46,270 nucleotides of DNA, from NCBI GenBank assembly GCA_050298835.1, contig JBNKUW010000002.1, forward strand, positions 1 through 46,270, in the 5' to 3' direction. The notes beneath the pieces were generated by a model. That model was not told the DNA's origin, searched no databases, and saw only the letters and a program-made list of their open reading frames with translations. Numbering within the stretch: position 1 is the first letter of the stretch; each line of letters begins with the position of its first letter. This stretch comes from Marivivens sp. GTDB lineage: Bacteria > Pseudomonadota > Alphaproteobacteria > Rhodobacterales > Rhodobacteraceae. Of the stretch, positions 37,852 through 46,270 are shown in pieces. Position numbers and translations under genes: made by a program.

Positions 37852-38892
37852 ATGAACAGCGCTGCATCCGAAATCGCACGACGGCTCGGCCGCGAGGCGG
37901 AGGCCGTATGCCGCCATTACCTCTCTAGCGGCCGAAAGCAGGGCCGATACTGGATCGTCGGCGACATCGAGAACACGCCCGGGCGCAGTCTTTATGTTCG
38001 CCTGACGGGACCAGCCCACGGTCCTGGCGCCGCCGGGAAATGGACCGACGCCGCCACGGGCCAACATGGCGACCTGCTAGATCTCATTGCCGGCGCCCGG
38101 CAGCTTCGCACCTTCGGCGAGACGCTTGATGAGGCGCGGATCTTCCTGAGCCTCCCACGACCTGAACCGCCAACTCGCGAACGAGTGGTCGCACCCACTG
38201 GATCGCCGGAGGCCACACGGCGCCTCTTCGCCATGGGAAGACCTGTCGGTGGAACGCTTGCAGAGCGCTATCTTTATCGGCGCGGTCTTTCCGGGCTTGA
38301 TGATGCGCCAGCGCTGCGGTTTCATCCGCATTGCCACTATTGGCGCGACGGTCAGCCGAAAGAGACATCACCGAAGAGCTGGCCCGCATTGCTCGCGAAG
38401 GTCACAGACGGACAAGGCAATCTCACCGGTATCCATCGCACCTGGCTCGACCCGGTGACGGCTCGCAAAGCTCCGCTCGACCCGCCGCGCAAGGCGATGG
38501 GAAATCTGCTCGGCCATGGCGTGCGGATCGGAACCGTGACCGACATTCTCGCTGCCGGCGAAGGGTTGGAAAGCACGCTGTCCGTTCGGATGGCGTTACC
38601 CAACCTGCCCATTATCGCCGCGCTCTCGGCCAATCATCTTGCCGCGCTGATCCTGCCGACTGGGCTTCGACGTCTCTATATCGCTGCCGACGCCGACGAA
38701 GCAGGCGCCATGGCGGCCGCCAATCTCGCCGAACGTGCATCTGCAGTCGGTGTCGAGACGATCCGGCTTTCTCCCCTCGGCAGCGACTTCAACGACGACC
38801 TCCGCAAGATCGGGCGGAACGACCTGCGGGCGCATTTGGGGCAGCAACTGGCCACGGCCGATATATCACGGCTGCTTTCCGCCGAACGCTGA
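37852..38892 (+). CDS. Toprim-domain primase-like protein
   Basis: EAVCRHYL...GKWTDAATGQHGDLLDLI, LRFHP, IHRTWL, GEGLES, ADAD, DFNDDL. GGAGG RBS. Confidence 0.85.
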   Translation: MNSAASEIARRLGREAEAVCRHYLSSGRKQGRYWIVGDIENTPGRSLYVRLTGPAHGPGAAGKWTDAATGQHGDLLDLIAGARQLRTFGETLDEARIFLSLPRPEPPTRERVVAPTGSPEATRRLFAMGRPVGGTLAERYLYRRGLSGLDDAPALRFHPHCHYWRDGQPKETSPKSWPALLAKVTDGQGNLTGIHRTWLDPVTARKAPLDPPRKAMGNLLGHGVRIGTVTDILAAGEGLESTLSVRMALPNLPIIAALSANHLAALILPTGLRRLYIAADADEAGAMAAANLAERASAVGVETIRLSPLGSDFNDDLRKIGRNDLRAHLGQQLATADISRLLSAER

Positions 38893-39212
38893 GCGACCGA
38901 GCAGGCCCGCCATTGGTCTGGCCTCCATTGTCAGAGCGCCTCCTAATTTGAGAGCCACGCCTTCGGCCTTCCGAGAGGAGCAAGACGGAGCGGAGACTGG
39001 CCGGGCCGGCAACGGCTACGGCGACACTCTTTTCCGCCGCCAGGCGTAAAGGCCCGGCTTTGCATCGCGAAACAAAAGAGCGCCGACTCCGCCGTCCTCC
39101 GCCTCTGGCTCCGGCCGCCGTGACCGGCGGTGCAGTCCCGGCCAGCCCCCGCTTTCCCGTCGCTCGGGAAGGCCGCGAGAGGCGCGGCCCATGCCGAACA
39201 GGAGACGATCCC

Positions 39213-40151
39213 ATGACCGCCGAGACCACCGAACCAATGGCCAGCTCCGCAACCGCGGCCGTACTCGAAGAGCTACAGCTCTATGGCTATCGGGCTTTCG
39301 CCGACGAACCAGACCCGAGACCCTTGCCCGAAACCGGCGCCCTCCAGGGAGCAATCGCCGACATCTTCGACGCGCTGGCCGCCACGCTGCAAGACACGCG
39401 TCTCGAACCGGACCTCGAAGACCTGCTCTGGTCTGTAACGAACCTGTTCCATCGCACAGCAGCCCGCGTCGACCGCGACCTCGACGATAACGAGCAAGCC
39501 CAGAAGCGCTCACAGCGCGAACAGGACGGCTCGGAAGTGCGCTCCGTCGAACTTGAAGCCCTGACGGCTCAGGGCGTCACGCTGATCGAACGGCGCAACG
39601 CTTACGAGCTCATGCGCAATATCGCCGCCGATCACTTCGAGACCCATATCGGCCAGACCTGGCGACCGCACTCGGGATCACGGATCAGTCACCGTACGCT
39701 GACAGCGGCCATGATCGACAGCCGCGACTATCTGTCGGCGAAACGACGCGCCGAGATCGAACCGCTCCTGCCGACCGGGCCACGGGTCGCTTTCTCCGGC
39801 GGACTGGACGTCACCGACCATCGGGCGATCTGGGATGCGCTGGACCGTGTGAAGGCCAAGCACGCCGACATGGTGCTCCTGCATGGCGGCTCGCCCAAAG
39901 GCGCCGAGAAGATCGCCGCCTGCTGGGCCGATAATCGCAAATGCCAGCAGATCGTCTTCAAGCCGGACTGGAAACGCCACGGCAAGGCGGCGCCGTTCAA
40001 GCGCAACGACGCACTCTTGGAGGCAATGCCCATCGGGCTCATCCTTTTCCCGGGCTCGGGGATCACCGATAATCTGGCGGACAAGGCTCGCAAGATCGGT
40101 GTCCCGCTTTTCGATTTCCGGTCTCCGAGCAGTACAACGCAGATAGCGTGA
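39213..40151 (+). CDS. DUF2493 (SLOG/YspA-related) domain protein
   Basis: ELQLYGYR...PDPRPLP, RVAFSGG, VLLHGGSPKGAE, AAPFKRND, FPGSG. AGGAG RBS. Confidence 0.82.
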   Translation: MTAETTEPMASSATAAVLEELQLYGYRAFADEPDPRPLPETGALQGAIADIFDALAATLQDTRLEPDLEDLLWSVTNLFHRTAARVDRDLDDNEQAQKRSQREQDGSEVRSVELEALTAQGVTLIERRNAYELMRNIAADHFETHIGQTWRPHSGSRISHRTLTAAMIDSRDYLSAKRRAEIEPLLPTGPRVAFSGGLDVTDHRAIWDALDRVKAKHADMVLLHGGSPKGAEKIAACWADNRKCQQIVFKPDWKRHGKAAPFKRNDALLEAMPIGLILFPGSGITDNLADKARKIGVPLFDFRSPSSTTQIA

Positions 40152-40267
40152 TGTTCAGGATGCATCACCCGATGCGCGCGCTGGGAGGTTCCGGCGCGCT
40201 GCTTCCCGCTATACTAAAACCGTCATAGCTCCTCTTCTCAGATAGGTGGCGTTTGCAAAATATCCGC

Positions 40268-41584
40268 TCACCAATCGCCTGTCTTGTGCCCTGTGCTAGT
40301 ATGTTTTTTCCAAAGGTATTCGCTGGCCGAGCTTTCGATGCCGCTGAGGTTAAGCTTATCTAGTAGCAGGCGGCCATCAATGGGATCGATTACTGGTGCC
40401 ACGTAGACTCCTTTGATTTCAAGGTTTCGCTTACTCATAAGGTTCACGCTATTCGCGTCACGCATCGAGTGACCGATGACGATCGGCCGAGAGGTTTTCA
40501 GTACGTTTTCAACCTTAGCCCAGAATGATCCATCGTTTCGCGCACGATCCGCGTCTGCAGGGCTCAGTACAAGTGTCTCTGGACGGTCAATTGACCCATC
40601 AATCTTGAAGATTGTTACCGCACGCGTCGCGTCATCTTTCACGTCATCGCCAGGCGTCCGCACTATGTAAGCGATATCAAGCATATCGCAGGCAAGTTCG
40701 AAAAGTCGGTCATAGTTCGTGGTTAGGATAACAGGAAATCGCTGCACCGCTGCCACATGGGCCGGCGTCGGCTCGATAGGTAGTGGCGGATTGAGGAGTT
40801 CATTGACGATGCTGATGCTTCGAGTCCGTCCAAGCGTTGTCTCGGCCACATCAAACAACTGAGCTAAGGTATGATGTGACGTCTGGTCTGGATCAAGGCC
40901 CAGAGCCTGACCGATGACACCCGCCAACGCATTGGCACTTGGGTACCCAGCGCTAAGCGACAATCCCGCGCCAGCGAACAGTACCTCAGGCGGAGTGGAG
41001 ACATCCGTAGAAGGCTTTGGCGGCGGGGTTTCGATAGCGTAGTTGGTTGGTGGTGCAGTTGCGGTCTTCGAGACACGGGTTTCTACTGCGGTACGCAAGT
41101 ATGTGCCGGTTAGCACGTCGAGCAGCGACCGGAACACCTTGTCCTTAAGATCTGATGCGAGATTAAACTCACTGCGAAACACACCATCTTTCCAATCCGC
41201 GATTTCTTTGCGAAACTTATCCCTGAGTAGGGCATCAGCGCTGGTTGAATCTGCCCCATACTTGAGCTTCTTGAAGAAGGGCAGTATCGGCATACCCTCA
41301 TCACGGGCAATGTCGATTTCAAGATGGGTGACAGATTTGCCTTGGTCGGCGCCGTAACCCTCCTGCGGGATCCAACCATATCGTTCACCCTGAATCAGGA
41401 TGCAGATCAGGGAAGTACGAATTTCCGGCTCTAAGACATCCCAACTCTTTCCGCCATTCGGAAGGATGCCCTCCGCATTCACTGGCTCAAAGTTCAGGCT
41501 GTTAATTGCCTCAACTACGGCTTCTCGCTCGTTGGCAAGATCATCCATTGTACTACTTATGAATACTCGAATTTTTGCAGGCAT
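40268..41584 (-). CDS. DUF4062-SIR2 fusion protein, candidate defence effector
   Basis: N-terminal RVFISSTMDDLANERE, GERYG, SVTHLE; C-terminal FAGAGLS..AGYP, TTNYD, KIDGS, IGHSMRD. Confidence 0.8.
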   Translation of the reverse strand: MPAKIRVFISSTMDDLANEREAVVEAINSLNFEPVNAEGILPNGGKSWDVLEPEIRTSLICILIQGERYGWIPQEGYGADQGKSVTHLEIDIARDEGMPILPFFKKLKYGADSTSADALLRDKFRKEIADWKDGVFRSEFNLASDLKDKVFRSLLDVLTGTYLRTAVETRVSKTATAPPTNYAIETPPPKPSTDVSTPPEVLFAGAGLSLSAGYPSANALAGVIGQALGLDPDQTSHHTLAQLFDVAETTLGRTRSISIVNELLNPPLPIEPTPAHVAAVQRFPVILTTNYDRLFELACDMLDIAYIVRTPGDDVKDDATRAVTIFKIDGSIDRPETLVLSPADADRARNDGSFWAKVENVLKTSRPIVIGHSMRDANSVNLMSKRNLEIKGVYVAPVIDPIDGRLLLDKLNLSGIESSASEYLWKKHTSTGHKTGDW

Positions 41585-41806
41585 ATAGGTCCCCCATCCA
41601 TTTTCTATAACATATCTTTGAAACTACCCGTCTTTGAAGTTGTGTGCAGCTAGGAGTTGGCGTGCTGGGCAACTGTCAATGAGAATTGAGCTGGATTCAC
41701 GAGCGCTGCAATAGCCGCCTGCTTTGCGTTGACAGAGAGTGTGACCTGCTCCCCTGAAAGTTCCGCGTTTTGAGGTTAGTCTGTTCCCAATTGAAGGATA
41801 CAGACG

Positions 41807-42073
41807 ATGAAGCGATCCAGGTTCTCCGAAGAACAGATCATTGGCATTTTGAAAGAACATCAGGCGGGCCTGTCGGCGGCCGAGCTTTGCCGTAAATACG
41901 GCGTCAGCGACGCGACATTCTACAAGTGGCGGTCGAAGTATGGTGGCATGGAGGTGTCTGAGGCCAAACGGCTGAAGGCTCTTGAAGAAGAGAACGCCAA
42001 ACTGAAGAAGCTGCTCGCGGAGTCGATGATGGATGTGTCGACACTTCGTGAGATGCTCGGAAAAAACTTCTGA
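41807..42073 (+). CDS. IS3 transposase OrfA
   Basis: [12 protein letters not shown]...[16 protein letters not shown] and leucine zipper. Ends in GGAAAAAAC, a -1 frameshift site. Confidence 0.92.
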   Translation: MKRSRFSEEQIIGILKEHQAGLSAAELCRKYGVSDATFYKWRSKYGGMEVSEAKRLKALEEENAKLKKLLAESMMDVSTLREMLGKNF

Positions 42074-42096
42074 CGCCTGGCTCAAGGAGGAATGCT

Positions 42097-42921
42097 GTGA
42101 GCTGGGCAATTGAGACCGAGGGATATTCGCAGCGACACGCCTGTGGGCTGGTCGGCATAGATCCGCGTGTGTACCGCTATCGGTCCACGAGATCCGATGA
42201 TGCTGATCTACGACAGAGGCTCAGGGAACTGGCCTCGGAGCGCAGAAGGTTCGGTTACCGCCGGCTGCACATCCTGCTGAAGCGCGAAGGCATCGAGGCC
42301 AACTGGAAGAAAGTCTACCGGATCTACCGGGAAGAGCGCCTCACGGTGCGCAAGCGCGGCGGCCGGAGACGAGCCCTGGGAACGCGAGCACCGATGGCTG
42401 TGCCGCAAGCCGCCAATCAGCGTTGGTCCCTCGACTTTGTCTCAGATGCCCTGATTGATGGGCGCAGGTTCCGTATCCTGTGTGTCATTGACGACTTCAG
42501 CCGCGAATGTCTGGCAACTGTCGTAGACAACTCGATCTCTGGAGCCCGGGTCGCACGGGAGCTGGACGGGATCGCTGAGCGCCGCGGACGCTATCCCTTG
42601 ATGGTGGTCAGCGACAACGGTACCGAGCTGACGTCAAACGCCATGCTCAAATGGCAACAGGACCGCAGCGTTGAATGGCACTACATCGCCCCAGGCAAAC
42701 CGATGCAAAACGGCTTTGTCGAGAGCTTCAATGGACGTCTGAGAGACGAGTGCCTCAACGAACACCTGTTCCGCAGCTACCGCCATGCCCGTGAGGTCAT
42801 TGAAGACTGGAGGATTGACTACAATCTGAACCGACCACATACGAGCCTTGATGGGCTCACCCCATACGAATTTGCAACCAAGTCCAACAAAGATCACACC
42901 GTGAACAGAACTAACTTATGA
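42097..42921 (+). CDS. IS3 transposase OrfB (DDE), expressed via -1 frameshift
   Basis: [41 protein letters not shown]. Confidence 0.92.
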   Translation: MSWAIETEGYSQRHACGLVGIDPRVYRYRSTRSDDADLRQRLRELASERRRFGYRRLHILLKREGIEANWKKVYRIYREERLTVRKRGGRRRALGTRAPMAVPQAANQRWSLDFVSDALIDGRRFRILCVIDDFSRECLATVVDNSISGARVARELDGIAERRGRYPLMVVSDNGTELTSNAMLKWQQDRSVEWHYIAPGKPMQNGFVESFNGRLRDECLNEHLFRSYRHAREVIEDWRIDYNLNRPHTSLDGLTPYEFATKSNKDHTVNRTNL

Positions 42922-43427
42922 ATGCGGACAATCAGGGGAGCAGGTCAAGTGCACTGAGTTCGCTAGATAGTACGATGCGGCTGAATTCGTGAGCTGACAG
43001 TAGTGAACCGATTGTGTCCCTTTCGTAGGGCGGTTGATCTTAGTCTTGTCATTCGTTCCTCTCGTATTTTTTCCTTCTTCTCCCGACCCGATGCGAGAGA
43101 CCATCGCTCAACAAATGTCGCCGACGTCTAATGGTGCTCACTGGCGGTTTTCGGCATTCTCCACCCTCATCACCCACGCCCGACACGGCCTCTCATGGAC
43201 TGATCTGGCCGGGATCGGCTGACGCCTCGACCGCCTTGGCCGCAACGGCGGAGCCGAACTTTCTTCCCTTGGGCTGCGCCCATTCCTCGCGGACCAAGAA
43301 ACTCCGTCTCCGCCGTCCTTCGCATGCGCTGCGGGTTCTTCGGACTGCGTCGGCGGTCGTCCCGGCCTCGTCGATCTCCATCGAGGCCGCGACGGGCGCG
43401 GGCTCGAAAGCCAAAAGGAGAACTGAC

Positions 43428-43760
43428 ATGGCCACCATCGGAACCTTCAAGAAGTCCGCCAACGAGTACGTCGGCGAAATCGTCACCCTCAGCGTTCAGG
43501 CGAAGAATGTACGGATCATCCCGGAAGAGGAACGCGCGAACGACAAGGCCCCCTCCCACCGCGTCGTCGTCGGGAGCGCAGAGATCGGAGCCGCCTGGTC
43601 CAAGCGCTCGAACGAAGGCCGCGATTATATGGGCCTCAAGCTGGACGATCCCAGTTTTACTGCACCGATCTACGCCAACCTCTTTGACGACACCGTCATC
43701 GAAGGCGAAGAGAGTTACAGCCTCATTTGGTCGCGGTCCCGTCGCCAAAACGGCGACTGA
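43428..43760 (+). CDS. DUF736 domain protein
   Basis: MATIGTFKK...GEIVTLSVQ, PSHRV, EIGAAW, KLDDPSFTAPIYANL, LIWSR. AGGAG RBS. Confidence 0.88.
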   Translation: MATIGTFKKSANEYVGEIVTLSVQAKNVRIIPEEERANDKAPSHRVVVGSAEIGAAWSKRSNEGRDYMGLKLDDPSFTAPIYANLFDDTVIEGEESYSLIWSRSRRQNGD

Positions 43761-43803
43761 CGCCCCTGGCGGCCCGCCCGGCAAGACCGGGCGGGGCGTC
43801 TTT
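43759..43803. terminator. GC hairpin between convergent genes
   Basis: CCCGCCCGG-caaga-CCGGGCGGG (43773-43795) followed by GCGTCTTT. Confidence 0.6.
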
Positions 43804-44030
43804 CATGCCTTTCGGCTTTTCCGTTGATCGTCCAGAAGCGCCGCCGGTTTGACGTCGAGCGCTTCGGCCACATGCCAGAGCGTGATGATGGTCACGTTCT
43901 GCTGGCCGCGCTCCATCGCGCTTATATGCGCGCGGTCAACGCCCATCCTGTCCGCCAGAGCGGCTTGGCTGAGGCCAGCATTCTCTCGAAAAAACTGCAG
44001 GTTCGCGCCGAAAATTTCCCGAATATCCAT
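43803..44030 (-). CDS. XRE/controller-like regulator, QseC (ICEMlSym-type) homologue
   Basis: FGANLQFFRENAGLSQAALADRMGVDRAHISAMERGQQN is a C-protein-like HTH. Divergent from the qseM homologue. Confidence 0.8.
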   Translation of the reverse strand: MDIREIFGANLQFFRENAGLSQAALADRMGVDRAHISAMERGQQNVTIITLWHVAEALDVKPAALLDDQRKSRKA

Positions 44031-44051
44031 CCGCCAGTAGAATGCGGATCG

Positions 44052-44080
44052 CGTATTTTAATGCGACGTATTATAATACG
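44052..44080. promoter_or_regulatory. Tandem operators (OL/OR-type) for the controller-like protein
   Basis: CGTATTTTAATGCG (44052-44065) and perfect palindrome CGTATTATAATACG (44067-44080), 15-bp periodicity. Confidence 0.75.
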
Positions 44081-44202
44081 CGGAACTGAGCTCGACTCGT
44101 CTGTGCCGACGCGGTCGACTTTGCCGATTTCAACCGACCGGCGCTTGCGCATTTCATGGTTTCCGGTTCATTAATAACTCGCGCCAGACCGCAAGGACAC
44201 CT

Positions 44203-44478
44203 ATGCCCGCCACCCAAGTCACGATCGCTGACTCCCCGCCGAACGACGCGGCCGTGACCGTCTACGACCGTGAACACTTCAAGCTTTACATGCGTCTCCT
44301 CGACGCGAATGACGCTGGCGCCTCGCTAGAAGAGGTATCGTCGATGCTGCTGGGCATCGACGCCAGGGTCGAACCGAAACGTGCTCGTCAGATTCATGAC
44401 AGCCATCTGTCCCGTGCGCGTTGGATGACCGAACAGGGCTACCGTGACCTTCTGAAGAACGGGCTTCCCACAGGCTAG
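44203..44478 (+). CDS. qseM: QseM-like antiactivator (stand-alone DUF2285)
   Basis: TVYDREHFKLYMRLLDA...GID...EP.RAR....SHL.RA.WM...GY closely follows the QseM pattern. Confidence 0.8.
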   Translation: MPATQVTIADSPPNDAAVTVYDREHFKLYMRLLDANDAGASLEEVSSMLLGIDARVEPKRARQIHDSHLSRARWMTEQGYRDLLKNGLPTG

Positions 44479-44608
44479 ACGTATACCGATGCGTGGCGCG
44501 CATCACACGATGTCTGCGGCCATACTATGCAATCTATGATTTACAGCGAAACATCCCAATCAACTGACGCCGCCTCACATTTCGGCGCGCGATTGGGAGG
44601 AGTTCGCC

Positions 44609-45323
44609 ATGCCGACCGACTGGCGCGACGATAACCAATACGATCATTTCGATGATCTCGGTATCTCCGGGCTTGCCTGGGAATGCCTTCGGCGGAACAC
44701 GCACTACCGCAGGGATTATGATCAGATGCGGGAGGGCGGCGGCGCTCCAGCCGACTGGGGGTTGCGATTTCCTTGCAGACCCACAGCTCAATGCTCCTAG
44801 AGCGCCGATCTTCTGGCTTCCGACCGCGGCGCCTGCCGTGGTCCATCTCATCGCCGTTCTGCCGGACATCGGCCTGACCGGCACCATTCCTGCCAGCAGC
44901 ATCACGGACCGCAAGATCGACGCCGATGAACTGTCGTGGGTGCGGCTCGAAGATGGCGTCAATCTCGTCGGAGAGCAGGTTGGAGATCGGCCCGTTGGCG
45001 TCCTGCTTCCGCTTGATGGAGACTGGCCCATTCGCCTAGCGGCTGCCGATCGGCTGTATCACCAACTCGTCGATGGCAATGCTGATTCGCCGATCACGCG
45101 ACAGCGACGTGAACGCCTGAAACGCGCCCTACGGACAATCGACGGCCGCCAAAGTGGCGCCAGCTATCGTACCCTGGCCACGGTTTTCTTTGGCGCCGAC
45201 CGCGTCGCCGCCGAACCCTGGAAGACCAGTTCGCTCAAGGCGCAGGTGGCGCGGTTGGCATCCTATGGCCGAATGATGATCGACCACGGCTATCGACAGC
45301 TTCTTCAGGGCAAATACCGCTGA
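44609..45323 (+). CDS. fseA: FseA-like excision/transfer activator (DUF6499 + DUF2285), joined by a +1 programmed frameshift at about 44770
   Basis: ORF1 has AWECLRRN..Y..DY and WGLRF. ORF2 is in the +1 frame (ADP...PIFW...LRTIDG...GASYR..A..FFG). Slippery motif GAC TGG GGG TTG CGA TTT CCT at 44753-44773. Confidence 0.82.
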
Positions 45324-45426
45324 AACTACCGTTACCTCACAGCGCCTGTGTCATTCGAGAAGTATCCGTTAAGTTCATCGGATGACGCAACCTTCGCCAA
45401 CACTCGACTCAAGCCTTCCGAGGATC

Positions 45427-45698
45427 ATGGGACGCACGCGCCGGCTGCCATCCCAGCAACGGGCCGTCTTCGACCAGATTTTTCACAGCGGCGGCGGTTA
45501 TGTCCTCGACTTCTCCGACCGAACCATGGCCGAGTGGTTTGAGGAGAATTTCGACATTCAAATTTTCCAACAGCGTTTCCAGGTGGAAGGGGCGAGCAAG
45601 GGTAAGACGCTCAGAGGCTTCGTCGAGGTCGCCGAACCGCGTCTCGTTGCACAGGTTCTTCGCGTTTTGTGGGCGTATCGCTGCAGTCTCGATGGTTA
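45427..45698 (+). pseudogene. N-terminus of an Abi/restriction-endonuclease-type protein interrupted by IS630
   Basis: GGGYVLDFSDRTMAEWFEENFDI...SKGKTLRGF...VLRVLWAYR is an N-terminal domain seen on Abi/REase effectors. The IS end follows at TATACCAA. Confidence 0.55.
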
Positions 45699-46270
45699 TA
45701 CCAACCTGCAGAGGCTCAGACTCACAATAAAGATTCCCAAACGGTTGAAACTCTGAATCAATGGAAGCCTTGTTATGGAGGGTTTTGCCATGGGAACAGC
45801 AATTAGCCTGCGAGAAGATTATGACGGCGCGAGATTGCGGTTATTAGCGCGGAGGTCAAAGAGCGCCAACCAAACACGTCGATTGTTGGTTTTGGCCGAG
45901 ATTTACGACGGCCAAAGCCGGAGCGCAGCGGCGCGTATTGGCGGTGTGGGCTTGCAGGTTGTGCGGACTGGGTGTTGCGGTTCAATACAAGAAGTCCTGA
46001 GGGCTTGCTTGATCGCAAAGCTCCAGGTCCTCGTTCCCGTCTCAACGATGCCCAGCGAAAAGCGCTGATCGAAATTGTTGAGCGGGGCCCGATCCCTGCG
46101 ATCCATGGGGTTGTCCGCTGGCGGTTAAGCGATCTTGTGCAGTGGCTTCATGAGGAATTTGAGGTTTCTCTTGATGAAACGACAGTTGGGCGTGAGTTGA
46201 AAAAGCGGGGCTATGTCAAGCTCACGGCACGCCCTCGCCATCACGCTCAAAACGAGTTTGCCCTGGACGC
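45699..46270 (+). mobile_element. IS630-family element, partial; transposase from 45790 with a frameshift near 45966
   Basis: TA target then TACCAA end. Protein ISLREDYD...RRLLVLAEIYDG.SR..AA.IGGVGLQVVR, then in another frame DWVLRFN...GPIPAIHGVVRWR...LTARPRH. Confidence 0.82.

Larger units (their letters stand above)
41742..42947 (+). mobile_element. IS3-family insertion sequence (IS407-group-like), 1206 bp
   Basis: TG...CA ends with a 16-bp perfect terminal IR TGACCTGCTCCCCTGA. Target duplication AGTG at 41738-41741 and 42948-42951. Confidence 0.95.
15484..46270. mobile_element. Integrative (likely conjugative) element at tRNA-Arg(CCG); right end outside the window
   Basis: tRNA-fragment att site, adjacent integrase, jump in GC content, DUF932/ParB/Toprim/DUF2493/DUF736 backbone and QseC/QseM/FseA regulators. 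No relaxase or T4SS genes are visible in the window. Confidence 0.8.

Noticed and set aside
41624-43104. Gene split by the IS3 element
   Set aside because: Rejoining the flanks across AGTG gave only short ORFs without motifs in the minus-strand frames I read.
1-46270. CRISPR array, rRNA, retron or oriT
   Set aside because: No regularly spaced repeats, rRNA-like sequence, reverse transcriptase or relaxase seen. The hairpins near 34200-34300 cannot be assigned as oriT from sequence alone.

Overview
Alphaproteobacterial-type chromosomal window in three parts. (1) 1-463: 3' end of a thiamine-pyrophosphate (acetolactate synthase-like) gene. (2) About 580-15200: an AT-rich surface-glycan operon with a PglK-like ABC exporter, pseB/C/F, a PseA/WbuX-type amidotransferase plus HisH/HisF paralogues, a PseG-PseH fusion, pseI, an orphan candidate transferase and three GT4 genes. 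It is followed by a truncated DUF6538 integrase relic. (3) From a tRNA-Arg(CCG) 3'-half att site at 15484-15528 to the window end: the left part of a GC-rich integrative element. It carries a tyrosine integrase, backbone genes (DUF932, ParB, Toprim, DUF2493, DUF736) and a qseC-qseM-fseA regulatory switch with an intact +1 frameshift motif. Its defence cargo is dense: a non-canonical DISARM-like operon (RHH, 5mC MTase, Vsr, UvrD, DrmA, DrmB, NERD-helicase; no DrmC/DrmE), an unannotated two-gene operon (DarT-like ADP-ribosyltransferase fold plus a 901-aa protein ending in an MmeI-like target-recognition region without methyltransferase motifs), hipBA, a DUF4062-SIR2 fusion and an IS630-truncated Abi/REase-like gene. 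An intact IS3-family element with a 4-bp target duplication is also present. The best candidates for an undescribed system are the ART/TRD pair (28476-31990) and the DISARM variant (17191-28342). All family calls come from reading motifs by eye; no database searches were run.
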